DNA of 64,000 bases from Azolla caroliniana. Lineage: Eukaryota > Plantae > Polypodiophyta. The notes under the pieces were generated by a model. That model worked only from the letters and a program-made list of their open reading frames with translations, did no database searches and had not been told where the DNA came from. Positions within the stretch are counted from its first letter, which is position 1. Every line of letters begins with the position of its first letter. The translations under genes and the position numbers were made by a program. Of the stretch, positions 22,992 to 36,989 are shown in pieces. The stretch lies in assembly GCA_043228905.1 (NCBI GenBank), contig JBHGNT010000003.1, forward strand, positions 17,918,001 to 17,982,000. The letters run 5' to 3'.

Positions 22992-25900
22992 GCCAGGGCC
23001 GAAGTCGCGCATCCGTAAACCATGTCGAGAATCGGCAGGCAGTCCATCTCGATGATTACTTCCGCTCTGATTAGATAGTCCTTATCGGCCTTGACCACCG
23101 AAAGGATACCCCATAGTTCGCGTTTAACTTGGGCACATCCTTGTTGCCGCTCACTTAACACCTTCACACCAAAGCAGATGGGGTACTACGCGCCGGCTTC
23201 GTCCTCCTGGTTGATCACCCATCCGATTCCGGTTGGACTCGTGTCCACACTCACGTAAACCGGAGTGTCCGCCTTGCACACCACTTTCCGCAGAGCCGAT
23301 GTCGTCGTTAGCATCTCCTTCAGTCTCCGGATTGCCTCCGTGTGCTCATCGCTCCACACCACCAGGATCTCTGATTGTTCGAAAGCCGACTTCTCTCGGG
23401 AGAAGCTAAGCCAAGCGCCCTCAAGCCTCTGTAGTATCTTCTTGTAGTCAGAGATGTGGTTCGCGACAAAAATCCGACATCCGTCCACCCCGATCGACTC
23501 GTCTTTCGCGTCTTTCGGACATCCCTTGATCGGAATGTCATCCAAGAATGGCATGGTGATGTCCGGGATGTAGTCCCTCAACACCGTCTTCATCGCATTC
23601 ACCATGAGCGCAGTGTATTGTACTCCTTCAGCATCGTAAACCACCGATTCGAATAGGAATTACTCGACGGCTCGACAAATCCCATCTCCACCTTTTGCAT
23701 GAGAAGCTCCATCAGCTTCGAGATGTGAGCCCTCAGTACCAGAATCGGTTTGACATTCCACGGCACATGTGGTACCGTGAAGATCATCATCGGTTCTACT
23801 ATTGTCAGGTCAATGCACCCGATCTCCCCGGAGAGAATGTGAAGGCTTTCTTGTGTCTTCTCAGCATCCTAAGAAACCGGTCCTCCTCCACGGGTAGTAG
23901 GAAGCCACCCCCACTGATCTTCAGCTTCCGTAGCGTCTCCTCGGTGAACTGGTGTCCTATGTCGGCCGGATCTCGCAAACTCAAGTCGCTCACGACCCCT
24001 TTCATCCGCCCCCAGCTGTCCTCCGGCAAGGGAGCCGCAACTGCCGTCATCTTCCAGTCCACAGTCTTGTACTTCGTGCTCACTTGGACGACCCGATCCG
24101 TCCCGACCTCCTTCCCGAAGTCCGCGATGAGTTCGTAGATCTCAACTGAACTAACCGGAATCATCCGATCTCCGCTTAGATCCACTTCGACAACCTTCTT
24201 GATCTCGCCGATGGTGTTGTCGAACGAAACCACCTACACGGCACCACGGATTTCTTCGTCCGTGCCCAAGGATCCGCATGCCATTAACCTCCCTTCGATC
24301 TGCTTCTTTTCCCAGCCCCGGATGCCGATCATTGTACACCCTCCGTTGTCGGAGAAGCAAAACATCCTACCTATACATGTGTGGGGTTTCTTCTGGCTCT
24401 CTGGACTATCGTGGCCCCATGCCTTGATAGCCCTCTTAAAAAATCCTCTCGGCCATCTCTGCTGAGAGTATTACGATTCCGCACGTGTAGCATCCAAGGC
24501 GGGACCACCGGGGTCTTGGACCGGAGAGAGACGGATCTGAAAGAACTGAGCTCCGCCGGTGTTGGTTACGTCATTTGTGACGCCGTCTGACGCATTTCCA
24601 GATACGTACTGGAAGCAACTGGATGAGAGAGAGGAAAGAACATGCACGCAACACTAACTCAACACACGCTTTCTATACACAGAAACCAGAATAAAAAGAA
24701 AATATACGATGCAAGGAAAATATCTCCGGCTTCGAGCCAGACCAAAAAAACCAAATTTCAGCAACTGTCTACTGCCAAGCCGCCAGTCAGGGAGCTCTTG
24801 GGCTCGTCGTGCCGAGTGGGGTCTTGCACAGAAGGTAGAGCAAAACCCCAAACCTTAAAAAAACGAGGGACCAATAAAACTGGGTCACCAAATCAAAAAT
24901 TGGGAACCCCTTAACAAGAGACCCTCCCTCCTTTTATAGTGCAAGGGGGAAAGGACGTTAGAATGTGGGACAAATATTCCTCTTTTAAGAGGAGATATTT
25001 GCCTCGATTTCTAGAAAAGTACATTAAAACCCCCTTTCTTTCACACTTCCCCACTACCCTCTACGTATATATGCGTGCGAAGGTACACATCACACTTACT
25101 CCACTTATTAACTCTATCAGCACCTTTAGTAGCCTTTACTTTCCTTCTTATTTTATATACATTTTCAAATGTACATGTGCACATAGTGCACTTCGCCAAT
25201 CGTGCCTGATCCATCTAGTTTTCTCATAAAAAATTGGACGGAATGCAGTTCTTCACTCGCGTGTATGCCGAACCATTCTCCAACACTTTAGTCTCCATAC
25301 GAGCCACCGTAATGTAAGGTTCACTGAGATCCACCGGATGGGAGGATGTCTCTTGCACAAATAAGTGTTGGTTGATCTCGACATCCCTGACCTTTACTCT
25401 AACATTTGGGCACGCTTTGTGTAGCTCCTCCGTGGCTCGGGTCGCCGTGCGTATTTTTCACCCTTGCTTGGTGTTGATCGGCTATTTACCCTTCTTGTAG
25501 AAGTCCATTGACATTAGGTTGATCTCTAATCCGTAGTCGATCAATGCTACTACCAACTCCTGCCCAATGTGGTCTCATGTAGTGGCTTTCCGCGTATTCG
25601 TCCTCTATTGCCACTTCATCGATCAACGCCATCCTCACCTCGACCGGCTTCTCCGATTCTGACTCTAACAAAAGTCGCTTTCTCTTCACTAGATTGACGA
25701 TGCCATAATGGAACTCCTTCTTCGCTATCCCTAGCACTTTTACGCAATGTGAGCTCCATGCGACTGTCAAGGATCCGCTACTCCAAGACCTTTTGTAGGT
25801 CCATCGCCCTTTCTATCTCTGAGCTCAACCGAAAGCTTGACAACTTCGTCTTCTCTTATGAGCCGGTTGGGCCTCCGTCATTTCTCGTCAAATCACTCCG

Positions 25901-27100
25901 GGTCTCATATTGGTTCACGGGACCGGCCACTCTGGCCTTTCCGGCTCTGTTGTATTCTACCAGAACCTCGTAGTTCTGGCAGGCGGCTTCCACGAAGCCG
26001 GTTTTCTTCGACTGGTTCATTCCATCCGGTGACCTCGTGGACCCACCTCTCCGCGCAGTCCGCTTCCTCCATCACTAGCTTCTTCCTGAAGGAGCTTTGA
26101 AGCACCACTGGCCAGAATCCGGTGTCTTTCGTCACCTTGCTATTCTCCCCTCCAACCCGAATACCGACGGATGCCAGTAATGGACGGTTTTGGCGTGCCG
26201 TGCCGCAACCTCCTCCATCAGCCTCTTCATCTCGCCCCGACCGCTGTTTATTTCTAGGGGCCTTCACATGTCACTTGCATGCACCCTAGTGTTCCAAAGA
26301 TATACCACATTGTTCCTCAGTGCGTCGGCAAAGTCGACGCAGTCTCTTCGGATATGGCCGGCGTTATCGCACCACATGCATCTTCGATCGTTCGGTGAGC
26401 GCCGATCACGCTCTTGACTGCCACACTCCCCTTGAGCTTGAGTGATCTAGAGTTCGCGCACCATCCTTGTTAGCTCCTCCAGATCCGTGCCCCCGGTAGG
26501 TCCATCAGCCACGTTGGTCGGGGCCGTGCCCAACTCGAGCTACCGTCTCGTCTCTTTTGACTAGGTCAGAATCGGATCCTCCAACTTCTTCCTTGTGGTC
26601 GGGCAGGCCGTAGACGACCCCTTATTGTTCCAATCCCGCCACTTATCGAAACAACTACAAACCCTCTTTACCATGGCCTAGTCGATCGTGAGCCCTTCAT
26701 CCATCTCCAATAGGAGGCCAACCTTCTCTCGGTCCGGCGCGTCAACAGACTTAATAAACAACATGACCTTGCTCATATCGAGCACGGTCTGGTCTAACGC
26801 CAAGAGTCGGGAAAATCGCCTTTCAAACTCTTGGAGGAGCACTGATGTATTCCCCCCTTTTTCCGGGGCTCTCAACCCACTCCATGAACTCCCGTTTTGA
26901 CAACCAGCGCGAGTCGTTGAAACCGTACCTTTCGAGGAGCCGCCCCTCAAATTCTGCCCAGTTCCAGCTGTCAGCTTGAACCTCGAGCACCTCCGCATGG
27001 ATGCTCGGTGTCACTACTTGTGGGAATCCGGATAACCGCCTCTCTTCTGGGATGTCCCTCATTATCATTCCGGCCCGATAGGCCTCCAGGTAGCTTGTCG
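22992..27100 (-). mobile_element. Fragment of gypsy element F (same family as A and G)
   Basis: gag SYLEAYRA..RCMWCDNAGHIRRDC, protease, IFTVPHVPW, PFLDDIPIKG, VDTSPTGIGW; several internal deletions. Confidence 0.9.
24486..25226 (-). repeat. Probable solo LTR inserted at the end of gag-pro of F
   Basis: TG..CA ends, minus-strand TATAAAAG near 24935, U5 motif AGACCCCGGTGGTCCCGCC resembling the end of the G LTR. No matching TSD; about 17 bp of host appears missing. Confidence 0.6.
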
Positions 27101-29332
27101 CGTTTTGGAAATAGGTGAGGTTTTTGTGATCATTGAATACAGTGATTTCATGAGGAGAGCCTTCTAGGAAATGTTTCCATTGTGCAAAGGAATCAACTAT
27201 AGCTAATAATTCCTTGTCATGTATCTCATAGTTGATCTTAGTAGTGTCAAATTTGCATGAATGGAAAGCTACTGGATGTAGCTTCTCATCATCACCTCGT
27301 TGTGACAAAATACTACCAAGTGCAAAATCCGACGCATCTGCTTCAATAATAAATGGTTTTTGCATATCAACATGAGCTAGAATAGGAGTTGATGTAAATG
27401 CTTTCTTGAGATCCAAAAAAGCACCATCTGCATCAATAGTCCAAACAAATTATTGCCCCTTCTTTGTGAGTTGTGTGAGAGGCAAAATATGCTTTGAGTA
27501 ATCTTGTATAAACTTGCGATAAAAAATTTTGAATCCAAGGAAACATTGCACACCTCGTATAGATCGTGGAGTTTGCTACTCTTACACTGTTTGGATCTTA
27601 GTTGGATCCATAGATATTCCTTCAAGGGAGATGACATAGCCTAGGAATTCTACTTTTTGCAATCAAATCTACATTCTCGAGTTTTGCATAAAGGCCATGT
27701 TCTTGTAGTAGTTTTAGTACTAGACATACATGAGAATCATACTCCTATGTTTTTGAATAAATTAGTAGATCATCTAGATATATGATTAGACAAATTTCTA
27801 GAAGATCTCGAAAAATGTTGTTTTCCATGAGTTGGAAAACTATTGGTGCATTTGTGAGCCCAAATGGAATAACTCTATACTCAAAATGCCCATATTGGGT
27901 GAGTAAAGTTGTCTTCCACTCATCTCCTGGTTTGATCCATATGAGGTTATACGCACCTTGTAAATCGATCTTTGTAAAATATTTTGGACCATTAATCCTT
28001 TCTAAAAGACTACAGATCAGGGGAAATCCATACCTATTCATGATGGTAACTTTATTCAGACCTTAGTAATCCATAATTAGTAGAAGTGATCCATCTACTT
28101 TCTTTACAAAAAAATTAGGTGTGCCAACTAGAGATTTCGAATGTCAAATGAATCCATTTGTCAAGTTTTCCTCTATATAGTGTCGCATTCTAAACTCGAA
28201 ACTTTGACACACCCAATACATAGTGTTGTGTTAGATAAACCATATGGAAACTCTTGAGTTATATATGAATTTGAATATGGTTTAGTATTGTATAGTCTAG
28301 CATATTCCAAAATATTCTAGTCGTTATATTCTAGAAATATTCTATCCTATATCCTAGAGATATTTCTCGGGTATATTCTAGAGATATTCAATCTCAAAAC
28401 TTGTATAAATATGTGTGTTCACCTAGATTACACTCAAGGTGAACAACATCAGTTACAAAGTCTTTCCATCTTGGAACTTGTATAAATATGTGTGTTCACC
28501 TAGATTAGACTCAAGGTGAACAAAATATATTACAAAGTCTTTCAATTCATCAACTCATCCATTCAATTTTCTTCTAGTCTCTTGTGCATATTATCTATGC
28601 GTGACATGTACGCTCAAAGAACCTCAAGTTCGGTTGATGACAAATTGTAGATCGGTCCCTATAGTAGCTCTTTTCTTTGTTGTAAATCAATGAGACAATC
28701 ATATCATCGATGTTGTGGAAGTGTATTAGCTTTTACCTTATCAAAAACATCGGCATATTCTTGATACTTCTTTGGGAATTGAATTGTTGACTTTTCCTCG
28801 TTGATATTGGAAGGCTTTACTAATACTACAAATAAATCAATTGCTTCATTTTGTCCTTCCTTACGTAATTGATGTAGTGAAATGGTTGAAATCTTGTGAG
28901 CAATTTCTTGGGGTTTCATATTATCTTGTTGACGAGACTTGATTTCTCGCATTCTCCAGTTGATTTTGGGGTTATGTAGTTCGAACCATGGCAACCCCAA
29001 AACAATTGGGTGTTCAAGGCTGCTAATTATATTAAAGGATATTACACATTCCAAATTACCTAGTACAACACGAAAAGGCTCCAACTCATCTACGATATTT
29101 CTAGAAACAATGGGGCGACCATCAATGACTACTACGAAAGCTGGACATGGAAGTTTTCTTAGGGATACCTGATGAATTTGAGCAAAATCTCCATCCATGA
29201 AGCAAGAATTAGCCTCGGTATCTAGGATGGTTGCTTGTAGTACTAACTTCTACTTGGGCTGAGAACACCTTGCTAACATGCTTAGAAGAAATGGAACCAC
29301 TAATGGTCTACATAGATCTAGGGTTGTCCAAC
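27101..29332 (-). mobile_element. Fragment of Tcn1-like element I (PR-RT-RH)
   Basis: ORFs 28704-29198, 27745-28041 and the N-half of 26823-27416 are homologous to pol of B. Confidence 0.9.
28181..28606 (+). repeat. Solo LTR J with internal 77-bp tandem duplication
   Basis: TGTCGC..GTGACA, degenerate TSD TATAG/TGTAC (host consensus TGTAG), TCTAGA-rich tract before TATAAATA. Confidence 0.78.
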
Positions 29333-30313
29333 AACACGTTCATGTTCACAAGTGGAAGGATCGCGCACAAATGGAAGGATAAGGAATATTCCGTCTGATT
29401 TTGGGGCTTTTTTGGCCATTTCACAAAACACTTTGATACTAGTATCACATGTTCTCGAAAACCTGATTAAAAAGCTGAAATCCATTTGGTAAAATCGAAA
29501 AATGCCAAAATTTGGCCAAATACGAAAAGTAACTTTGTATATTTTTAAGGAGAAATTACAACTAATAATTTTTAGATCTTAAGGAAATCATAAGCGAAAG
29601 ATTTTAAAACAATAAACTTTTTTATATCATTTGATAAAATGTTGTGTAAATCTGTTACATATCGTTCCACAAGATATATACATTTAGGAGTTATTTGCAT
29701 CACTGTGATCACTAATTTCATGAGAGTCACAACTATAGCTAATATACAATTGTGACTCTTCCCCCTCATTTTCAAATGTACCAATCAAAGCATTGTCATT
29801 ATCTAGAATGAAATGGTTTCTCCAAATTATGTGCACTAAATCAAGTTTGCCTTCAATCTAAGACATTTCTAGACTTGGTAATTTCTTTTTTAGTATGTCT
29901 ATCGTTGACTTCCTTAAACGTCCAACTTTTTCCAGTGTATAGTCATATTCACCGGAGTTTTGTTGGTTTTGTCATCTTTGGTCCCACGTAAATGTTTCTC
30001 TATTGTGGATGGAAAAACTATATCAAGATTAGCATTAGATGCTTGAAGTGGTGATTGAGAACCACATGAATATTGTATAGGCCATGTAAACGACATTTCC
30101 AAGGTCCAATTACCATCAATACAATTATTTTAAAAACCGAGATTTCAGTACAATCCATAAAATGTAATAAATTCATATTAAATATTTTCTTTCGGGGAAA
30201 AAAAACTTTACAGATGAATTCAATACATTTTCATCACAACTCGTTACAATGTATTGAGTTAAAAATAAAAATTGTGCACATGAACGCAATACAATGTATC
30301 AACAAAAACACAT
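29333..30313. other. Unassigned AT-rich segment, possibly a DNA-transposon end with a decayed minus-strand coding remnant
   Basis: Abrupt boundaries that truncate I and the E LTR; repeated CACAA(G/A)TGGAAGGAT near the left end; no recognised domain. Confidence 0.3.
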
Positions 30314-30331
30314 GAAGGGAGTGTGTATGAC

Positions 30332-30371
<40 letters not shown>

Positions 30372-30586
30372 TGATAACATGTAATATATTATATGAAGAG
30401 TAAGTATAAGAATAGCTAGGAGGCTTAAGACTAGCGTTGAACTGAATTGGTTCGAAATAATGCCTTGTGCCTCTTTTTATAGTGTTATCAGATGTACTCC
30501 TGAAGTTTCTAGAATGTTCCAGAGAAATCTAGAATATACATCAATTTGTTATAGTGAAATAATAAATGAAAATATTTTTTGTATTA

Positions 30587-30658
30587 GAATGTATAGCTTA
30601 ATGGTAGGGCTTCAACCCATGTTACACAAGGTCATGGGTTCAAATCCTTTTAGTGGCA
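30587..30658 (+). promoter_or_regulatory. tRNA-like Pol III A/B-box module in 3' LTR of E
   Basis: TAGCTTAATGG 30594-30604, D-stem GCTT/GGGC, AGGTC, GGTTCAAATCC 30637-30647; canonical tRNA spacing. Confidence 0.8.
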
Positions 30659-33600
30659 TACTATGCTATATCATGACACTATCCCCCCCCTTTAAACGAC
30701 GAGTGTTATGAGTCATCTTTGATTGAGAACCTGGTTTGTCCGGATATTAACGATGGAAATCTTCAAGAAAAGCTCAAGCATTCGCCAAATCCGTCACTAG
30801 TTCCCAAGTACGCTCGCTTAGACTATATCCGAACCAATCGACCAAATAATAGAGCTATTTGCGAACAATCTTGGAGTCAAGGATGGCAACAACCTCAAAC
30901 TCAGGTCCATCTTCAAGTTCGATGGGGGGTGGAGGTGGTGTAATACGATCTGGGATAGCATTGTCCTGATAGGGTTCTTGGAGAGAACTATGAAATATTG
31001 GATGTATACGTAGTTGTAGAGGAAGATCACGGCGAAAAGTACCATCATTAATTTGTCTATTAATACGGAAATGGCCTAGCCATCGATAATCCAGTTTGTC
31101 ACACGGATGAGTAGTCTTGATGTGTCGTCGTAATAGCCATACTCGATCTCCTATATTAAAAGGGGATGGAAGCTGATGACGATCCGCATAGTCCTTTTGT
31201 GTTTGTTGGGCATGATGTAGGTGGGTAGATAGTTCTACCTGAATTCGTCGTAACCACTCTAAATGATCCTCTACACTAGGATTTGAGGGTAACTCAGGAG
31301 TTTGTAACATACACCAGCAAGGATGATAGCCGATATAAGCGTAGAATAGTGAAACCCTAGTAGATGAGTGGGTAGAATTATTATAAGCAAATTCAGCAAA
31401 ATGTAGAATATCCTCCCAATCATCCTGTTGATAGCTTAGGAAACACCGAAGATATTGTTCCAATGTTTTATTGGTACGTTCAGCTTGTCCATTTATTTGG
31501 GGATGATAGCCAGAGGAGAGGTTGCAGGTGATCTTGAGCATTTTAAAGAGATGCTTCCAAAATTTAGAGACGAATTGCGGTCTACGATCACTGATGATAC
31601 TGTCGGGAAGACCATGATGCCAAAATACTTCCCGCATAACAATTCCAACAGTTTCTTCACTAGTAATTTCTTTAGTATAGGGCAGAAACGTGTCATCTTA
31701 GTAAATCGATCTACCATTGTTAGGATTGCATTGAAACCCCTCGAATCCGAAAGATATGTGATGAAATCGAGAGAGATAGATTGTCATGGTTTGCTTGGGA
31801 TCAGTAATGGCTCCAACAAACCATATGGATGATGTCTCGACATCTTCGCTCTACAACATGTATCACATGTCCGAACATAGTCTTCGATAAATCTTCGCAT
31901 ACGGGACCACCAAAATGATCGTTGTACTAAATCCAATGTTTTAGTACTACCAAAATGTCTGGTTGTATATGTGTCATGACAATTTTGTACTATCCGAAGA
32001 CGGAATGAACCATCGGGAACATACAAAAGTTTCTTAAAGAAGAGTAATCCATTACGACATTCGAATTGCTGATAATCTATACCTAGTTGTTGTGATCATG
32101 AACAAGATGCCCGAGAAGAATCGATTTGATCTAGAATAGCTTGAGCGAAAACATCCGTCTTCAAATCTTCACATATGGTGTCGATAATGCAGGAATCCAA
32201 TGGAGTGTCAAAGACCTACATTGCTTGAAGTCGTGTCGGTCCCAGGATTACTTGCTTTTTATTGTCAAAGGCCGGATCACCAGGACGAGGAGCTAGATAC
32301 GAGTGTCGTGATAATGCATCCGCCTTCCCTTGTTGCTTGCCGAAACGATATGTAATCTTAAAATCAAAATGAATGAGGAACTAGGCCCACCGAGCTTGTC
32401 ATCTATTTAACACGAGAGCATTCTAAAAGTAGGCAAGATTCTTGTGATCACTGAATACAATGACTTGATGAGGAGATCCTTCTAAAAACTGTCTCCATTT
32501 TGCAAAAGATTCTACGAGTTCTAATAGCTCCTTGTCATGTATCTCGTAGTTGATTTCAGCGACGTCAAATTTGCGTGAGTGAAACACCAAGGGATGTAGC
32601 TTCTCATCGTCACCTTGTTGTGATAAAATACTACCTAGGGTGAAATCTGACGCGTCTGCCTCCATGATAAATGGTTTTTGTGGATCAACATAAGCTAAAA
32701 TAGGAGCCGATGTGAATGCTTTCTTGAGACCCTCAAAAGCTATGCTCGCTTCCTTAGACCAAATAAACGATTGACCCTTCTTTGTAAGCTGTGTGAGTGG
32801 CAAAATAAGCTTTGAATAGTCTTGAATAAACTTGCAATAGAAGTTTGTGAATCCTAGAAAGCATTGCACATCTTGCAACGAACGTGGAATCTGCCACTCG
32901 AGCACAGTTTGAACTTTAGCCAGATCCATAGAGATGCCTTCCAAGGAAATGACATAGCCGGGCAATTCTACCTGGCTACAGTCAAAACTATAGTTCTCCA
33001 GCTTGGAATAAAGACCATGTTCTCGTAGTCGTCTTAGTACTAATAATACATGAGAATCATGCTCCTCCTATGTCTTTGAATAAACTAGTAGGTCATCCAA
33101 GTAGATGATTAAACAGATGTCCAAAAGGTCTCGAAATATATCATTTGCCATGTGTTGGAAGACTGTAGTCACATTGGTGAGGCCGAATGGCATAACCGTA
33201 TGCTCGAAGTGCCCATATCGGGTGCAGAAAGTTGTCTTCCATTCCTCTCCCGTCGAATCCGAATGAGGTTATATGCTCCTCGTAAGTCGATTTTTCTAAA
33301 AAAATTGGCGCCATTAATCCTTTCTAAAAGACTCCAGATCAAGGGAAGTGCATACCTATTCCTAATGGTGACCTTATTCAAGCCACGGTAATCCACGACT
33401 AGATGAAGTGAGCCATTTTTTTTCTCGACGAAGAAAATGGGCGCACCGGCTGGAGATTTTGAATGTCGAATGAACCCGTTTGCCACATTTTCCTCTATGT
33501 AAGGTCGAAGAACATCAAGCTCTGTTGCTGACAAGTTGTAGATTGGTCCCCATGGTGGCTCTTTTCCTGGTTGTAAATCAATGGGACAATCATACGGTCG

Positions 33601-34440
33601 ATGATGAGGAAGAGTACTAGCTTTTACCTTATCAGAAACATCATTTTAATGATGATACGATTTTGGAAGTTGAATTGTTGATTCCTCCTTAGTGGTGTTG
33701 GAAGGTTTCATTGATACTACGAATACAAACATTGATTCTGTGCGTCCTTCCTCACGAAGTTGATTTAGCGAAATGGTTGAAAACTTATGAGTAGGTTCTT
33801 GGGGTTGTCGATACCTCATTTCTCTTGTTCTCCGATCTATGTCTGGATTGTGTAATTCGAACCATGGTAACTCCAAAACAATGGGATGTTCTCGACTACT
33901 AATTATATTAAACGATACTACACACACCAAATTATCTAGGACAATACTTATTGGCTTTGACTCTTCTATGATATTTCCTAAAGCAATGGGACAACCATCA
34001 ATGACTGCTACAGATGCTGGGCAAGAAAGTTTTCTTAGGGATATCTGATGAGCTTGTGCAAAATTCCTATCCATGAAGCAAGAATTAGCTCCGAAATCTA
34101 AGAGTGCTAAGATATGTACTGGAGGGGTACTTTTAGAACTAACTGCAACTTGAGCTAAGAACACGTTGCTAACTTGCTTAGAGGGAATGGAACCACTAAT
34201 GAGCTGCACAGATCTGAGGCCATCCAACCAAATGGCTCCTATTTTGGCTGGACTTAGTCGTTTAACTCTTCTTCTAACTGACTAAGGGCATCAAATTTGT
34301 TCGATAGACTTGGGCTATTAGTACTATTAGGACTATAAGATATTCCTACTGAAATAGACTCGGGTTTAGTACAATTAATACTAGCGACTATTTGGTTTAC
34401 CTATCTTCTTGGCCTATTGGGACAGTTCATTGCAATATGC

Positions 34441-35074
34441 CCCAGTCCACCACAATAAAGACATAGTCGATTTACTCGGCATCGCCACTTTTCCTCTTCC
34501 GATAATGGTCCGCGACGACGTGTGGTGTCGATTTTCATCAGAGTTGGAGTATTTTCTGGAGACGCATTATATGACTCCCTTGGAAGAGGTTTTGCTACAA
34601 CTGAGGCATAGGTGGCTCTGATCTTGTCCTTGGCATCTAGAACTAACGTTCCGAACGTCATTCGAAAAGGTGGTTATCGCATCGTACCATGCGACCGATT
34701 GCTTCTATCAATGACTTTGTCTCTTCGGGGAAAGTCAAGAGTAAATCCTTGACATCCCCCAGTCCACCGCAATAAAGACATAGTCGATTTGCTCGGCATC
34801 ACTGCTTTTCCTCTTCCGATAATAGTTCGCGACGGCGTGTGGTGTCGATTTCCATCGGAGTTGGACTATTTGTTGGAAACGCATTATATGACTCCCTTGG
34901 AAAAGGTTTTGCTACAACTCAAGGGTCAGTGGGCTCTGATCGTGTCCTTGGCATCTAGAACTGATGTTCCGAACGTCATTCGAAAAGGCTGTTATCGCAT
35001 CGTACCGCACGACTAATTGCTTCTATCAATGACTTTGGCTCTTCAGGGAAAGTCAAGAGTAAATCCTTCACATC
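34441..35074. repeat. About 317-bp tandem duplication of the gag 3' region in E
   Basis: CCCAGTCCACC..GTAAATCCTT(G/C)ACATC occurs twice, starting at 34441 and 34758. Confidence 0.9.
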
Positions 35075-36971
35075 ATTACGTAGGCCATAACGAAATTGCT
35101 CCATTAATGCATACTCATCCCAAGGAATATCGGTGGCAAGAAGACGGAAATCCGCAGCATAAGCTGAGGCCGGCCGATCACCTTGGCGCAATCTTTGGAT
35201 TTTGTTCATTGGCGTCCTAATGTTATCAGTATCTCCAAAACAAGCTTTAAACTCACTGATAAACTCTTCAAAATTATTTAACAAGGGAGAGATTTTTTCT
35301 AACAGGGGGAACCATGCCAAAGTCGTGCCACTAAGTAGTGTGCCTATTAGTCCCACTCGTGATGCATCGATGGGATTTTGAGAAGGATGCATTTGAATCA
35401 CTAAACGTACTTGATTAAGAAAACCTCTAAACTGTGATCGGGTCCCATCAAATTTCATAGGAAGACCGATCTTGGGTTCTTTCTGAGTTCCTTCAGTGCT
35501 TGATCCTTATTGTTGAAATGATACAATAGTCACTTCAAGTTGTTGCACACGTACGTCAGCTCCCCGTGTTGTTTTTCTAGAGCTATTTGTTGAAGATCCC
35601 CCAATAGACAGTGATTTTCTTGTTCTAGTGCTACAAACTTCTCTTTTAAGCACTAGAGCTCCGAGAAAACATATTGGTATTCTTGAGTGCTAACAATTGC
35701 CATTTACTAGGGAGGATAAATGGAAATTAGTATGAAGGGAAAGAGGGATAAGAGGATGACTAAATTCCGTTCAAACTGTCAGGAATAGTACTAAAAATTG
35801 AGGGCCAATTAGTACTAGAGAAGGAAAGTACTATGAGGATTAGTACTAAAAGGAAGGGAGTGTGTAAGACTCACAAGAGAGAGAGAGAGAGAGAGAAAGA
35901 TATATTAATCTCTTCTAAGGCCAAAATTGGCCCATGAGACAATTGGTTTACAACAAAATGAGTATTTATCCAATCATCATAACTAAAATAAAATAAAGTA
36001 AAAATAGAACTTAAGCTAAAAAAGTTCTAGTAGTGTACAAAACATGGTATACTCAATAAACGAAGTGACTTTACACTAAGCCTAATTTTATTTCCACCCA
36101 AGCCTCTCGAAAAGAAGTGGGAGGTCAAAGGGTTTTGGTGTGGGTGTGACCCGTGGTCCCAATGTAGAGAGTGTTCTAGCCATGGTTTCTAGGCGGTGTA
36201 GCTCACGTTCCCTTATTTTCATTATTGTTTCGGCACCACGTTGTCGTGAAGATTCCGGGCCATAGGTAGAAACAAGGTAAAATGCGCAGGAACACCAGTT
36301 TACGCGAATGCACGCCTCGAGAGAATTAAATAGGGAAAGTACTAGGCATGAGTATATGGAGGGGTACTAGGTAGTTAGGGCATTAAAGAAGAAATAGACA
36401 TCACATATGTAGGGAGAGTTACGAGGGGAGAAATCTAGGAAAGGAAAGTGACGGGTCATGAATGCTTGTAACGGTCGCTCCTTGTGCTATAAAGGGGGCG
36501 ACCTTCCACTGTCTTCAGGATGCCATTTTTTAGAGGAGAGGAGATACAGAGAGGAGTGTAAGGAATGATCATCGGAAGGCGCTTCCCCCTACACGCGTTA
36601 GACGCCCGAGTGCTCCCGACCAGGGGATCGACCTTCACCGTGCCCACGTACCCTCGTGTCTGGCTATTTCCAAGCTCTACGCTCCATCACCGGGTCTGAT
36701 CCGGTTGTAATCACCCACAACACCGTGCACCTATGTTGTTTAATAGAAACCTTCTCTACCTAACAAACGTTGTTCTGAGTGTCTTGCTCGTGTTTGCGTC
36801 TTCGTACGACTCTCTTACCCTCTCTCGTTCGCTAGCCTTACCTGTTTTCCCGTGGTCTCAAGACCTACACGGTCCTCAAACTCCTCCCTCCTCGTTTTCT
36901 CGATTCCTTGGTTTGAGACCCCCGTGGTCCTGCCCGACTTTACGCATCCACGAGGATAACCTCGACATAAT

Positions 36972-36989
36972 TGGTGAACCCGACGTGAA
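36972..36989 (+). promoter_or_regulatory. Primer-binding site complementary to tRNA-Trp
   Basis: TGGTGAACCCGACGTGAA is the reverse complement of the plant cytosolic tRNA-Trp 3' end (..TTCACGTCGGGTTCACCA) as recalled. Confidence 0.85.

Noticed and set aside
26823-27416. Functional novel fusion protein
   Set aside because: It is a deletion junction between two decayed elements, with a frameshift in the gag part and no promoter.
28190-28260. tRNA-like module in solo LTR J
   Set aside because: Only a weak antisense GTTTCGAGT and a TGG with off spacing; not convincing.
30587-30658. Functional tRNA genes at the tRNA-like LTR modules
   Set aside because: Acceptor and anticodon stems do not pair; only the boxes, spacing and partial D/T arms remain. 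The A copy loosely resembles tRNA-Pro, but not enough to call.
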